A DNA stretch of 32,000 bases from Candidatus Saccharimonadota bacterium (GCA_041659445.1 JBAZYG010000001.1:300001-332000); one strand, 5' to 3'. Positions 1 to 8,614 are shown, counted from the first letter of the stretch. Notes: generated by a model not told the origin, from the letters alone. Numbers and translations: made by a program.

Positions 1-1
1 T

Positions 2-193
2 TATGTTGGTTGGAAAAATGCAATAGAAAATTTAGAAGGATTCCCTCAAGATATTGAAGTTATGTCAGAAGAGGATTTTAGTATTTTAGTTAGTTTAAAA
101 AAAGCTAGTGAAGAAGGAGATATAGAAATGCAAAAACAGCTCAAACAAGAATTAGGTTATGAAAAAGATTATCCTGAAGTGGATTATATTTAA
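2..193 (+). CDS. 3' end of an unidentified CDS that starts upstream of the window
   Basis: Frame 2 is open from the window edge to TAA at 191-193 (...EGDIEMQKQLKQELGYEKDYPEVDYI*). No recognisable motif. Confidence 0.4.
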   Translation, partial: YVGWKNAIENLEGFPQDIEVMSEEDFSILVSLKKASEEGDIEMQKQLKQELGYEKDYPEVDYI

Positions 194-214
194 TTTAAAA
201 TTTTTTGAATTAAG

Positions 215-240
215 GATTTTAAGTCCATGTTATTTATAAG
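215..240 (+). promoter_or_regulatory. Promoter of the ABC operon: upstream element GATTTTAAGTCCA, 5-nt gap, TATA box TTTATAAG
   Basis: TTTATAAG at 233-240 starts 29 nt before ATG 262. AAGTCCA at 221-227 ends 5 nt before the TATA. The same 13-mer recurs at 3296-3308. Confidence 0.7.
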
Positions 241-261
241 TAAGTTTTTTTTAAGACTAAA

Positions 262-1029
262 ATGAAAAAGGAAAATCAATTAATACAAATAATTGATGTC
301 TGGAAAAAATACGATATGGGAAAGAATAATTCACTTATTGTGTTAAGAGATATTAATCTAAGCATTTATGAAAAAGATTTTGTCGCAATTACAGGACCTT
401 CTGGTTCTGGTAAATCAACAATGGTTAATATTGTCGGAGCTTTGGATAAACCCTCTTGGGGTAAATTAATATTAAAAGAAAAAAATGTTTCAAAAATGGA
501 TGAATCTTCTTTAGCATTCTTAAGAGGAAAAACAATTGGATTTATCTTTCAGCAATTTAATTTAATTCCTACATTAAGTGCATTGCAAAACGTTATGCTT
601 CCTATGGAAATTTTAGATATAAATGAAAAAGAAGCAAAAAAAAGAGCAGAAGAACTATTAATAATGCTTGGACTTGGAGAAAGATTAAACCATAAACCAA
701 ATGAATTATCTGGAGGACAACAACAACGTGTAGCTATTGCAAGATCTCTTTCAAATGACCCAGAAATTATAATTGCAGACGAACCCACTGGGAATTTAGA
801 TAGTAAGACTGGAGAATTTGTAATGGATTTTTTAGGAAAAATGAACGAAAAAGGAAAAACCATAATCTTAATAACGCATGATTTAAATTTAGTTCATTAT
901 GCTAAAAAGATAGTATACCTTAAGGATGGAAAAATTGAAAAAATAATTACAAATAAAAGAAATAAATTGTGGACATCAAGTCCACTCCCTTTAAAAAGAA
1001 AATATTTTTTTAATAAAAATGAAAAATAA
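262..1029 (+). CDS. ABC transporter ATP-binding protein, MacB/LolD-like
   Basis: Walker A GPSGSGKST, Q-loop FQQFNL, ABC signature LSGGQQQRVAIARSL, Walker B IIIADEPTGNLD, H-loop ITHD. The C-terminal ~25 aa tail runs through the next gene's promoter. Confidence 0.95.
   Translation: MKKENQLIQIIDVWKKYDMGKNNSLIVLRDINLSIYEKDFVAITGPSGSGKSTMVNIVGALDKPSWGKLILKEKNVSKMDESSLAFLRGKTIGFIFQQFNLIPTLSALQNVMLPMEILDINEKEAKKRAEELLIMLGLGERLNHKPNELSGGQQQRVAIARSLSNDPEIIIADEPTGNLDSKTGEFVMDFLGKMNEKGKTIILITHDLNLVHYAKKIVYLKDGKIEKIITNKRNKLWTSSPLPLKRKYFFNKNEK
969..997 (+). promoter_or_regulatory. Internal promoter for the 1019 gene: palindrome GTGGAC-atcaa-GTCCAC (contains AAGTCCA), 5-nt gap, TTTAAAAA
   Basis: Perfect 6-bp inverted repeat at 969-974/980-985. 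AAGTCCA at 978-984. TTTAAAAA at 990-997 starts exactly 29 nt before ATG 1019. Confidence 0.55.
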
Positions 1030-2047
1030 AAAAAATATTTTTTTGTTATTATTTTTAATTAGTTTGGCTTTAATTCAAATTCAATTTATTTCTTCAGAAG
1101 AAGTCAATTATTCTATAAATTATTTATACGATGGCATTCAAATTTCTTCATTAAAATATGAACCCTATCCTGTAAACCCCGGAGAATATTTTGATGTATG
1201 GATACAAGTAGAATTAGGTTCTTCTGTAAATTATGCTAAATTTGAATTAATAGAAGAATTTCCTTTTAGTTTAGATGAGAATGAAAATGCAACAAGAGAA
1301 TATGAAGATTTTTCTGGGGCTGTAATAATTCATTATAAAGTAAGGGTATCTAAAGATGCAGTAGAATCTGAAAATTCTTTAAAAATTGGAATTAGTTCAA
1401 ATAAATATACTACTGGAGATGTTATTTATGAACTTCCAATAAGTATTGAGAATGCACAAACAGATTTTGATTTAGTAGTTCAAGACTCAACAACTTCTGA
1501 GATTTCTTTAGCAATTGCAAATATTGGAAAAAACACTGCAAACTCTATGATTGTTAGAATTCCAAACCAAGAATATTATCGAGTTACTGGAACAAATGGA
1601 CAAATGGTAGGAAATTTGGAATCTGGAGATTATACCATAGTAAGTTTTAGCTTGACTTCAATTGGGAAAAATTCAGAAAATCCTTTAATAGTTCAAATAG
1701 ATTACACAGATAGTATTGGAGAAAGAAGAAGTTCACAGAAAGAAGTATATATTAATTCTTTATATTCTAATATAAATGAATCTCAAAATTCAGAAATTCC
1801 TGAAAATTTTCCTGGAAACTTTTCACAAGATTTCCCAATTAGGAAAAAAATAAAGGTTTGGCCATATGTTCTTGCAGGAGTTTTGATAATAATTTTAATT
1901 GGATTTTTGATTTATTCCAAATTTCTAAAGAAAAAAAAATCTAAAATTAAAAAATTAAGTGAAATGAAAAATGTGAAAACTAATGAGATTCCTGATTGGA
2001 TGAAAAAAGCAAAAGATAAGGAAATAAATTCTTCTTTTAAAAAATGA
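1019..2047 (+). CDS. Exported, C-terminally membrane-anchored protein with CARDB/COG1361-like (S-layer-type) beta domains
   Basis: N-terminal signal-like helix (IFLLLFLISLALIQ). CARDB-like segment (ISLAIANIGKNTANSMIVRIPNQ). C-terminal TM (WPYVLAGVLIIILIGFLIY) followed by a Lys-rich tail. Lies between the ABC ATPase and the FtsX permease. Confidence 0.7.
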   Translation: MKNKKNIFLLLFLISLALIQIQFISSEEVNYSINYLYDGIQISSLKYEPYPVNPGEYFDVWIQVELGSSVNYAKFELIEEFPFSLDENENATREYEDFSGAVIIHYKVRVSKDAVESENSLKIGISSNKYTTGDVIYELPISIENAQTDFDLVVQDSTTSEISLAIANIGKNTANSMIVRIPNQEYYRVTGTNGQMVGNLESGDYTIVSFSLTSIGKNSENPLIVQIDYTDSIGERRSSQKEVYINSLYSNINESQNSEIPENFPGNFSQDFPIRKKIKVWPYVLAGVLIIILIGFLIYSKFLKKKKSKIKKLSEMKNVKTNEIPDWMKKAKDKEINSSFKK

Positions 2048-3288
2048 AATTAAAAAAATCGTTTCATTTAGCATGGAATATTTTAATTCATAGTAAACTA
2101 AGAAGTTGGTTAACTATCATCGGAATTGTCATTGGAATTGCTGCAATTGTTTCAATTGTTTCAATTAGCATCGGTGCAAAACAGCAATTAGAAAATCAAC
2201 TTGGAAATCTTGGAGCAGATATTCTTACAATTTCACCAGGATTTTCAAAAGCATCTGGAAATTTCGGTTTTGTTGGAGGGCCTTCAGGAATGGAAAAAAC
2301 ATCTTCAAATTCTGAATCTAAAAATTTAACCTCAAAAGATTTGGTTGTTTTAAAAAATATAGACAATGTAAAATATGCAATGGGATATGTTTCTTCTTCA
2401 GGAGATTTAACTTATCTTGGAGAAACGGCATCTGTAAGTATTTCTGGTGTTGATGAAAATGTGTGGGATGAAATAACAACAGAAGAATTATCCTCTGGGC
2501 GAATGCTTATAAATGGAGATACTTATTCCATAGTTATTGGCGAAAGACTTGCAACATCTACTTTTGATGAAATTCCTTTAAATTCAAAAGTTACAATTGA
2601 GGGTAAAACTTTCAAAGTAGTAGGAATACTAAAAGATGGAAATTCTGTTTATATACCTATAGAAACTGCAAGAAATATATTAGATGATGTTGGCGAAGAA
2701 GAATTTGATTCTATTTCTATAAAAATTGAAGATGTTACTTTAGCTGACGAAACCGCTGGAAATATTACAAAAAAATTAATGATGTCTCGTGGAATTTTAA
2801 ATGAAGACGAAAAAGATTTCACAGTTACAAACCCGTCTTCAATGCAAGAAACAATGCAGGAAACAATGAATAGCATGTCAATTTTTCTCGGAGCAATTGC
2901 AGCAATTTCACTTCTCGTTGGTGCAATAGGAATAGCAAATACTATGTTTACTTCTGTTCTAGAAAAAACAAAAGAAATAGGTATAATGAAAGCTATTGGG
3001 GCAAAAAATAAAGATGTCCTTTTAATATTTTTAATAAATTCTGGATTAATTGGATTTGTTGGAGGATTTGGGGGGGTTATATTGGGGATTTTTGGTTCAG
3101 GACTAATTGGATCAATGGTATCTTCTTCTGGAACAGGGATGACTAGGATGTTTGGAAGCACAGCATTAACACCAGGGTTATTAATTGGAGCATTACTTTT
3201 TTCCGTTTTTATCGGAATGATATCAGGAGCAATACCTGCATATAGGGCTTCAAAATTAAAACCGGTTGATGCACTAAGATATGAATAA
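2044..3288 (+). CDS. ABC transporter permease, MacB/FtsX family
   Basis: N-terminal TM, a ~230-aa extracytoplasmic domain, then a C-terminal three-TM FtsX-type domain (KEIGIMKAIGAKNKDVLLIFL..., ...AYRASKLKPVDALRYE). ATGA overlap with the upstream gene. Confidence 0.9.
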   Translation: MKLKKSFHLAWNILIHSKLRSWLTIIGIVIGIAAIVSIVSISIGAKQQLENQLGNLGADILTISPGFSKASGNFGFVGGPSGMEKTSSNSESKNLTSKDLVVLKNIDNVKYAMGYVSSSGDLTYLGETASVSISGVDENVWDEITTEELSSGRMLINGDTYSIVIGERLATSTFDEIPLNSKVTIEGKTFKVVGILKDGNSVYIPIETARNILDDVGEEEFDSISIKIEDVTLADETAGNITKKLMMSRGILNEDEKDFTVTNPSSMQETMQETMNSMSIFLGAIAAISLLVGAIGIANTMFTSVLEKTKEIGIMKAIGAKNKDVLLIFLINSGLIGFVGGFGGVILGIFGSGLIGSMVSSSGTGMTRMFGSTALTPGLLIGALLFSVFIGMISGAIPAYRASKLKPVDALRYE

Positions 3289-3295
3289 TTTTATA

Positions 3296-3321
3296 GATTT
3301 TAAGTCCACCCAACTTATAAA
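3296..3321 (+). promoter_or_regulatory. Promoter with the same GATTTTAAGTCCA element, 5-nt gap, CTTATAAA
   Basis: The 13-mer is identical to 215-227. AAGTCCA at 3302-3308 and TATA at 3314-3321 have the same spacing as the ABC operon promoter. Confidence 0.65.
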
Positions 3322-3380
3322 GAAAATCTTTTTGGAAGATTATTAAAAAATTAATAAAAATGAAAGGAGGTAACAAAAAA

Positions 3381-3833
3381 ATGGAAGAAAATAAAAAGAA
3401 ACTCAAAAGAAAATATTTTGCTTGGATTTTTGCAGTCTTTGCAATAGCTCTTTTAAGTTTTGGCTTTGTTTCAGCTTTTGGATTCAGTAATGGTCTAATG
3501 GTTGGTTTAAGTGATCAAGATAAAGAAACATTAGAAACTCAAAGAGAAGCAATGCAAACAGCTATTGAAAATGGAGATTATGAAACTTGGGAAACTTTAA
3601 TGTTAGAAAAAATTGAAATGATGAAAAATGAGGTTAACCAAGAAAATTTTCAAAGATTAGTTGAGATGAATCAGAATAAAGAAGAATTTAAATCAGCTAT
3701 GGAAGAAGCTAGAGAAACTGGAGATTATGAATCTATGCAAGAAGTAAGAGAACAATATGGTTTTCCAGAAATGCATGGTAAAGGTTTTGCATTTGGAAGA
3801 GGAATGCATATTGAAGAAAATGAAGAGGATTAA
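3381..3833 (+). CDS. Small acidic exported/membrane-anchored protein (unknown function)
   Basis: ORF track starts at 3360. I prefer ATG 3381 because GGAGG at 3366-3370 lies 10 nt upstream. N-terminal hydrophobic helix (YFAWIFAVFAIALLSFGFVSAFG), then a Glu-rich helical region. Confidence 0.6.
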   Translation: MEENKKKLKRKYFAWIFAVFAIALLSFGFVSAFGFSNGLMVGLSDQDKETLETQREAMQTAIENGDYETWETLMLEKIEMMKNEVNQENFQRLVEMNQNKEEFKSAMEEARETGDYESMQEVREQYGFPEMHGKGFAFGRGMHIEENEED

Positions 3834-3846
3834 TTTTCTCTAAAAA

Positions 3847-3865
3847 TTTTTTTTATTTTTTTTTA
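3847..3865 (+). terminator. Oligo-T tract (archaeal-type terminator) after the 3381-3833 gene
   Basis: T8 and T9 runs directly downstream of the stop at 3831-3833, between convergent genes. Confidence 0.45.
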
Positions 3866-3867
3866 TT

Positions 3868-4215
3868 TTATAAACTTTCAAAATAAGAATTAATTTTCTT
3901 TATTTCTTGAGAAGTTATTTCTTTTTTCAAAAAATCCTCAAAATCAATTATTTTGTATTTTCTGTATTTGTAATAATTTTCAGAAGCATAACCAAATTTT
4001 TTTATTTTTCCATAAATATTTATTCCTGCTTCAAAACAATTTGAAAATATAGAATATTGCCAAACACTTTTTTCAGTTGGAAGTTTTTCGTTATCCCTTC
4101 GCCAATCTGCACATTCAAAAACCCTCATTAATTCAATAGCTTCTCTTTCACTGTTAGTTTTAATGACGAGGTTTTCTGAGATATCTAAATGAATTTTGGG
4201 TTTTATTTTTGTCAT
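3868..4215 (-). CDS. Hypothetical protein
   Basis: 115-aa ORF. TTTTAAAA at 4238-4245 lies about 30 nt upstream of the ATG. No recognisable motif. Confidence 0.6.
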   Translation of the reverse strand: MTKIKPKIHLDISENLVIKTNSEREAIELMRVFECADWRRDNEKLPTEKSVWQYSIFSNCFEAGINIYGKIKKFGYASENYYKYRKYKIIDFEDFLKKEITSQEIKKINSYFESL

Positions 4216-4264
4216 GAGACTTTTCTAAATTAAAACCTTTTAAAAACCTTTTGGTAAACAAATT

Positions 4265-4588
4265 TTATTTTAATTTAACTGCAGTTCCATAAGCAAGCAT
4301 TTCTGATGCTCCTTGCATTACAGTAGATGTTGAAAATCTCATTCCAACAATTCCGTTTGCTCCAAGCTTTATTGCTTCATTTACCATTCTGTTATAAGCT
4401 TCATCTCTTGATTGAACTGTTAATTCAGTGTAAGCTTTAACTTCTCCACCGATGATATTTTTGAATACTGCTCCAATGTCTCTACCGATGTTTCTTGCTC
4501 GAACAGTATTTCCTCTTACAATTCCTAAAACTTGGATTATTTTTTTATTTGGAATTTCATTAGCTGTTGTCACAATTATTTCTTTCAT
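4265..4588 (-). CDS. YbjQ/UPF0145 family protein (putative heavy-metal-binding domain fold)
   Basis: Full-length pattern typical of UPF0145: TTANEIPNKKI..LGIVRGNTVRARNIGRDI...GGE...Y..L....R.EA..RM...A..LGANGIVG.RF.TS. GGAGG Shine-Dalgarno 6 nt upstream. Confidence 0.85.
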   Translation of the reverse strand: MKEIIVTTANEIPNKKIIQVLGIVRGNTVRARNIGRDIGAVFKNIIGGEVKAYTELTVQSRDEAYNRMVNEAIKLGANGIVGMRFSTSTVMQGASEMLAYGTAVKLK

Positions 4589-4803
4589 TTTCTACCTCCT
4601 TTTTGTTTTTTATAATTAATTTGCTCTATTTTATCTTCTTTTTTATTAAAAAGAATTATTATTCCTATAATAAAAATTGGTAAAGAATAAATCCAAATAA
4701 ACAAAATATTTTTGTTTTCAAAAAATCCTGGAATAAATGTAAGAATTAATCCAATAATTGCAAAAGTTAATCCCCAAGTTATTCTTGTTTCCATAAATTT
4801 CAT
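4585..4803 (-). CDS. Small two-TM membrane protein, co-transcribed with the YbjQ-like gene
   Basis: Two hydrophobic helices. ATGA overlap with the downstream YbjQ-like gene. Confidence 0.6.
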   Translation of the reverse strand: MKFMETRITWGLTFAIIGLILTFIPGFFENKNILFIWIYSLPIFIIGIIILFNKKEDKIEQINYKKQKGGRK

Positions 4804-4909
4804 AAAGAATTTTAGTTAATAAATCTTTTTTTGGTTAATTCCAAAGAATTATGTGCTAAAATTTAAATCTAAAAAATAAAAATAAATAAAATAAGATATT
4901 AGATATTAT

Positions 4910-5239
4910 TTAATATCTTCTTCCAGATGAACGATTATCTCTTCTGTTGTTATCTCGACTTCCAAAACTTCTTCTTGGTTTGTTCTCTCTAGGTGTATCT
5001 TCTTTTGGCCTTGCTTCATTAACAGTTAACTTTCTACCTTCAAATTCCTTTTCATTAAGTTCGTCAATTGCTTTTTTGGCCATTTCTTCGTTTTCGATTG
5101 TTACGAAACCAAAACCCTTTGATCTGCCAGAATAACGATCTCGAATTAGTGTTGCTTCTTCAATTTCGAATTTTGAAAAAATCTTTTTAAGTCCTTCTTC
5201 ATCAATACTAAAAGGCAAATTTCCAACGTATATTTTCAT
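4910..5239 (-). CDS. RRM-domain RNA-binding protein with an Arg/Ser/Gly-rich C-terminal tail
   Basis: RNP2 IYVGNL and RNP1 KGFGFVTI at canonical spacing. Tail RRSFGSRDNNRRDNRSSGRRY. GGAGG (5244-5248) lies 4 nt upstream of the ATG. Confidence 0.9.
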   Translation of the reverse strand: MKIYVGNLPFSIDEEGLKKIFSKFEIEEATLIRDRYSGRSKGFGFVTIENEEMAKKAIDELNEKEFEGRKLTVNEARPKEDTPRENKPRRSFGSRDNNRRDNRSSGRRY

Positions 5240-5336
5240 GTTTCCTCCTTACACTTGTGCAAAAGAAATCGCTTCTGCGTTTCTTTTTGTTTAAATTTTA
5301 TAAGAAACTATGTTTTTAAAGGTTTGCACGAGGTTT

Positions 5337-6008
5337 TTAATCAAATGCGAAATACATTGTTGTAATTTCTTGATTAAGTGAGTTCAAATTTAGACTAAAA
5401 CGATTAGAATGCATGAAGCTTTGAATTCCTCTAACTTGTTTTATTGCTTTTTTTGCTTCTTGAGAAATATGAATCTTTATTTGTGATTTTTCTGTGATTT
5501 CTATATTTTCTACAATATTTTCATAGTCTTGTTGTAATTTTTTATATGCTTTTAAATTATCTTTTGCATAATTTTTTTCCTGGCGTCTATGAGCTTCACC
5601 TACTGCTTGACAAACTCCAAAAGCAGCTAATCCCCATCCAGTACTTCGTGCATAAATAAATGCTCCTCCTAAAGCTAATGATAAACCATCCATTAAAACC
5701 CCATTAAAATTAGTCCAATAATTTTTTTTCCAGAATTTATGATAATTCCAAAATTTTAGATCGTCTAATTTTTGCTCTGCTTCTGTTATCTGTTTAGTTA
5801 CATCATCATAACTTAAATTTTTTAAAAGTCCTAATGCAATTTTTTTGATTTCAGATGGTTCTAAATTGTTATATCCATAAAATTCTAAATTCGGATTTTC
5901 TTGTTTTTGTGTAAATTCTGATAAATCTCCTTCACAGAAAAAATTATTTGTAAGAATATATTTTGGTTTTAAACTCTCATCTTGCACAAGTTGCAATAAT
6001 TTTACCAT
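5337..6008 (-). CDS. Hypothetical protein with a central Gly/Ala-rich hydrophobic hairpin
   Basis: 223-aa ORF. Hydrophobic segment GLSLALGGAFIYARSTGWGLAAFGVCQAVG. The start is uncertain because there is no TATA at the usual -29 position. Confidence 0.55.
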   Translation of the reverse strand: MVKLLQLVQDESLKPKYILTNNFFCEGDLSEFTQKQENPNLEFYGYNNLEPSEIKKIALGLLKNLSYDDVTKQITEAEQKLDDLKFWNYHKFWKKNYWTNFNGVLMDGLSLALGGAFIYARSTGWGLAAFGVCQAVGEAHRRQEKNYAKDNLKAYKKLQQDYENIVENIEITEKSQIKIHISQEAKKAIKQVRGIQSFMHSNRFSLNLNSLNQEITTMYFAFD

Positions 6009-6089
6009 AAAAATTTATAAATTAACACTTTTTAAGTATTATTATAGTTTAATAGATAAATATAAAAATAAAATATTCTTTAAGAAACC

Positions 6090-6329
6090 ATGAGAGATTA
6101 TTATGATAGAAGAAGAGGTGGGACTTTTAAAGTCATAGTGGTTTTAATTATATTGTTTTTGATCTGGGGGTTTTTAGGTGCAAAGCAAGTCGAGAAAACT
6201 GGATTGCCTTGTAAAATTGGATATCAGGATAAATTATGTTGGTCTTGGGAAAAAAAAGTTACTAATTCTACAAATACAGGAAATTTAATAAATGAAGTTA
6301 ATGAACTACCGTCTAATCTAACAGAATAA
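6090..6329 (+). CDS. Small single-TM protein
   Basis: 79-aa ORF with TM FKVIVVLIILFLIWGFLGA. TATAAAAA at 6061-6068 starts 29 nt upstream. Confidence 0.5.
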   Translation: MRDYYDRRRGGTFKVIVVLIILFLIWGFLGAKQVEKTGLPCKIGYQDKLCWSWEKKVTNSTNTGNLINEVNELPSNLTE

Positions 6330-6376
6330 TTAAGGTTCTACATAAGGTTTATAACTCGTGATTTCTATTATATAAA

Positions 6377-7168
6377 ATGGCAAAATTAAATGAAAAATTG
6401 GTGTATGGTTTTTTAATGGTTTTAGTTTTAGGATTTGCTTTAATTGCTAGTTTTTCTTTGATTTCAGCAGAAGGAAACGATTCTGGAAACGGACAAGGTA
6501 ATGGACAAAACGACGACGAAGAATGTGCTCTTGACTCTGAATGTGATGAAGGAGAATCTTGTATTGAAGGAGATTGCGAAGATTTATTGATTTCAGAAAA
6601 TGAAGACGATGACGAAGAAGATGTTGAAGAAGTAGAAATTGAAAGTGAAGAAGAAATTGAACTTCAAAACAACGAGAGTAAAAAATACAAATACCATTAC
6701 AAGTATGAAAATGGTGAAGAAGTAGAAACAGAATTTCAATACCAACACGATAATAGATGGGAGTTTAGAGTTGGAAATTATTCTGCACAGTGTTCTGGAG
6801 AGTGCAATTTTAGTATGAACCAAAGTGAAATTCTTGTTAAGTTTTCAAATGGAAAATATGCTTTAATCAAAGTAATGCCTGACACAGCTGCTGAAAAAGC
6901 TATTGAACGACTTAAGTTAAAAGTTTGCTCAGAAGAAAATAATTGCACAATTGAATTAAAAGATGTTGGAGAAAGAGCTAATGAAACTGAAGAAGAGAAT
7001 TCAACAAATGTAGCTTATGAAGTGCAAGCTGAAAAACCAGCAAAAGTTTTTGGATTTATCAACTCTGAAATGAAAGTTAAAGCAGTTGTTGATGCAGAAA
7101 CTGGCGAAGTTATTAAAGTTAAAAAAGCCTGGTGGGCATTTTTAGCATCAGAACCTGAAGAAAACTAA
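6377..7168 (+). CDS. Secreted acidic protein with a Cys-rich motif and a PepSY-like C-terminus
   Basis: Signal/TM LVYGFLMVLVLGFALIASFSLISAEG. CALDSECDEGESCIEGDC (C-x5-C-x6-C-x5-C). D/E-rich linker. C-terminal VKAVVDAETGEVIKV resembles the PepSY signature. TTTATAAC at 6348 is 29 nt upstream. Confidence 0.7.
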   Translation: MAKLNEKLVYGFLMVLVLGFALIASFSLISAEGNDSGNGQGNGQNDDEECALDSECDEGESCIEGDCEDLLISENEDDDEEDVEEVEIESEEEIELQNNESKKYKYHYKYENGEEVETEFQYQHDNRWEFRVGNYSAQCSGECNFSMNQSEILVKFSNGKYALIKVMPDTAAEKAIERLKLKVCSEENNCTIELKDVGERANETEEENSTNVAYEVQAEKPAKVFGFINSEMKVKAVVDAETGEVIKVKKAWWAFLASEPEEN

Positions 7169-7172
7169 AAAA

Positions 7173-7200
7173 TTTCTTTTTCTTTTTTTCTTTTTTATTT
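7173..7200 (+). terminator. T-rich tract downstream of the 6377-7168 gene
   Basis: tttctttttctttttttcttttttattt lies immediately after the stop at 7166-7168. Confidence 0.45.
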
Positions 7201-7239
7201 AATAGAAAGTTTTATGAAGTAAATGATTAAGAAGTATAT

Positions 7240-7467
7240 ATGAATAAAGTCATTGATTATGAAGGAATTTCAAAAGGCTTTGAAGAAGTTATGAAAATTA
7301 CAGGAATAGATAGAAAAAGTTTAGTTGTAGCATATAGAAAAAGTTTAATTGATTATCAAAATTCTGGAATGCCTAAAGAAGATGCAATGATTTATGCTTT
7401 TTGTGATTCAACTTTTGATTTTATTTTGAATTCTTCTTATAACTTTTTAAATAAACGAAAGATTTAA
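7240..7467 (+). CDS. Hypothetical small protein
   Basis: 75-aa ORF. TTTATGAA at 7211 is 29 nt upstream of the ATG. Confidence 0.5.
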   Translation: MNKVIDYEGISKGFEEVMKITGIDRKSLVVAYRKSLIDYQNSGMPKEDAMIYAFCDSTFDFILNSSYNFLNKRKI

Positions 7468-7491
7468 AAAAGAAAATAAATATAAAAAACG

Positions 7492-7599
7492 ATGGTAAAG
7501 AATGTCGCATATGACGATGATGAGTGGGAAGACGATAAAGAAGATGAAGATGAAGAGAAAGAAGACAAAGATGATGATTTCAGCGAAGAAGACTATTAA
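7492..7599 (+). CDS. Candidate 35-aa hyper-acidic micro-protein (below the ORF-track cutoff)
   Basis: ATG to TAA gives MVKNVAYDDDEWEDDKEDEDEEKEDKDDDFSEEDY. It starts with MVK like many genes here. Low complexity, so it could be a chance ORF. Confidence 0.3.
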   Translation: MVKNVAYDDDEWEDDKEDEDEEKEDKDDDFSEEDY

Positions 7600-7685
7600 G
7601 TAGTTTATCTAGCAAAGATTTTTCTTTTACTTTTATTTTTTTATTTGGCAATTGATAAATTTATAAAATTGTAATGTTATAAATA

Positions 7686-8612
7686 ATGATGGATTGGAAA
7701 AAAGTTTTGAGCATTCTAGCATTTTTGTTCATTATAGGCTTGCTTTTATTATATTGGTATTTTCCCTCTGTGCCTTCAGATTATTCTATTAATAAAAATT
7801 CTAATTTTAGTAAAGAGCCAATTAATTCAAGCTTTAATTCAAGTTTAATGCAATTTTATGAAAATATGAGATTTCCTTTAGAAAATATTTCTTATTCAAT
7901 TGAAAATACTTGTAATTTGCAAAAAAAAGCAGATATGGAAAGAGCATTTGAAATTATTGAAGAAAAAACATCTCTTAATTTTTATAGTTCAAATCAAGGA
8001 CAAATACATATTTTTTGTGAGGATAGAAATAAAATAGATTCAGAAGGTTTGTTTGTTGCTGGAGAAGGAGGACCTGCAAATATTACTCTTGGAAAATATT
8101 TCAGTGTAATTGAAAATGGACAGATTTTACTTATAAAAAGTTCAGAGTGTCCAAACCCGAATATTGCAATACATGAATTACTTCATGTTTTAGGATTTCA
8201 ACATTCAGATAATTCAAATAATATTATGTATCCTGTTAGCGAATGTGATCAAATTATCAGCGATGATATTTTAATTAAAATACAGGAATTATATTCTTAT
8301 CCAAGTCTTCCGGATTTGGAATTTGAAGGGGTTTCTGTTAGCATAAAAAACAGAATGTTAGACTTTAACTATAGTATTAGAAATGAAGGATTGATTAAAT
8401 CTGAAAATTTTGTGGTTGGAGTTTATGTTAATGATAAAAAAATTAAAGAAATTGAAACTGAAGGGTTGGAAATGGGTTATGGACAAAAAGTCAGTGTAGA
8501 AAATTTCTTATTAAGTCAAATGAAAATAGATGAAATCAAGTTTGTGATTGAAGGGGATTTTGAAGAGTTAAATAAAAAAAATAATGAGATTACTTTGAAT
8601 GTAACAAAATAA
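7686..8612 (+). CDS. Membrane-anchored metzincin (matrixin/M10-like) zinc metalloprotease with a C-terminal CARDB-like domain
   Basis: HELLHVLGFQHS matches the HExxHxxGxxH zinc motif, followed by the Met-turn NIMYP. N-terminal TM ILAFLFIIGLLLLYWYF. C-terminal beta domain (VSVSIKNRMLDFNYSIRNEGLIKSENFVVGVYVND). The second ATG at 7689 fits the 29-nt TATA rule (TTTATAAA 7660-7667). Confidence 0.85.
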   Translation: MMDWKKVLSILAFLFIIGLLLLYWYFPSVPSDYSINKNSNFSKEPINSSFNSSLMQFYENMRFPLENISYSIENTCNLQKKADMERAFEIIEEKTSLNFYSSNQGQIHIFCEDRNKIDSEGLFVAGEGGPANITLGKYFSVIENGQILLIKSSECPNPNIAIHELLHVLGFQHSDNSNNIMYPVSECDQIISDDILIKIQELYSYPSLPDLEFEGVSVSIKNRMLDFNYSIRNEGLIKSENFVVGVYVNDKKIKEIETEGLEMGYGQKVSVENFLLSQMKIDEIKFVIEGDFEELNKKNNEITLNVTK

Positions 8613-8614
8613 TC

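Noticed and set aside
549-863. 104-aa minus-strand ORF inside the ABC ATPase gene
   Set aside because: It is antisense to a CDS with unambiguous Walker A/B and ABC signature motifs, and its sequence is low-complexity. This is a shadow ORF.
2649-3161. 170-aa minus-strand ORF inside the FtsX permease gene
   Set aside because: It is antisense to a well-supported permease, with no promoter and a Pro/Ile-rich composition typical of reverse-frame artefacts.
3209-3406. 65-aa minus-strand ORF spanning the permease 3' end and the 3381 promoter
   Set aside because: It overlaps two better-supported plus-strand genes and the intervening promoter element, and its Phe/Leu/Ile-rich sequence reflects AT-rich DNA.
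6593-6823. 76-aa minus-strand ORF (Phe-rich) inside the secreted acidic protein gene
   Set aside because: It is the reverse complement of GAA/GAT-rich acidic coding sequence, which gives poly-Phe/Ile. This is a shadow ORF.
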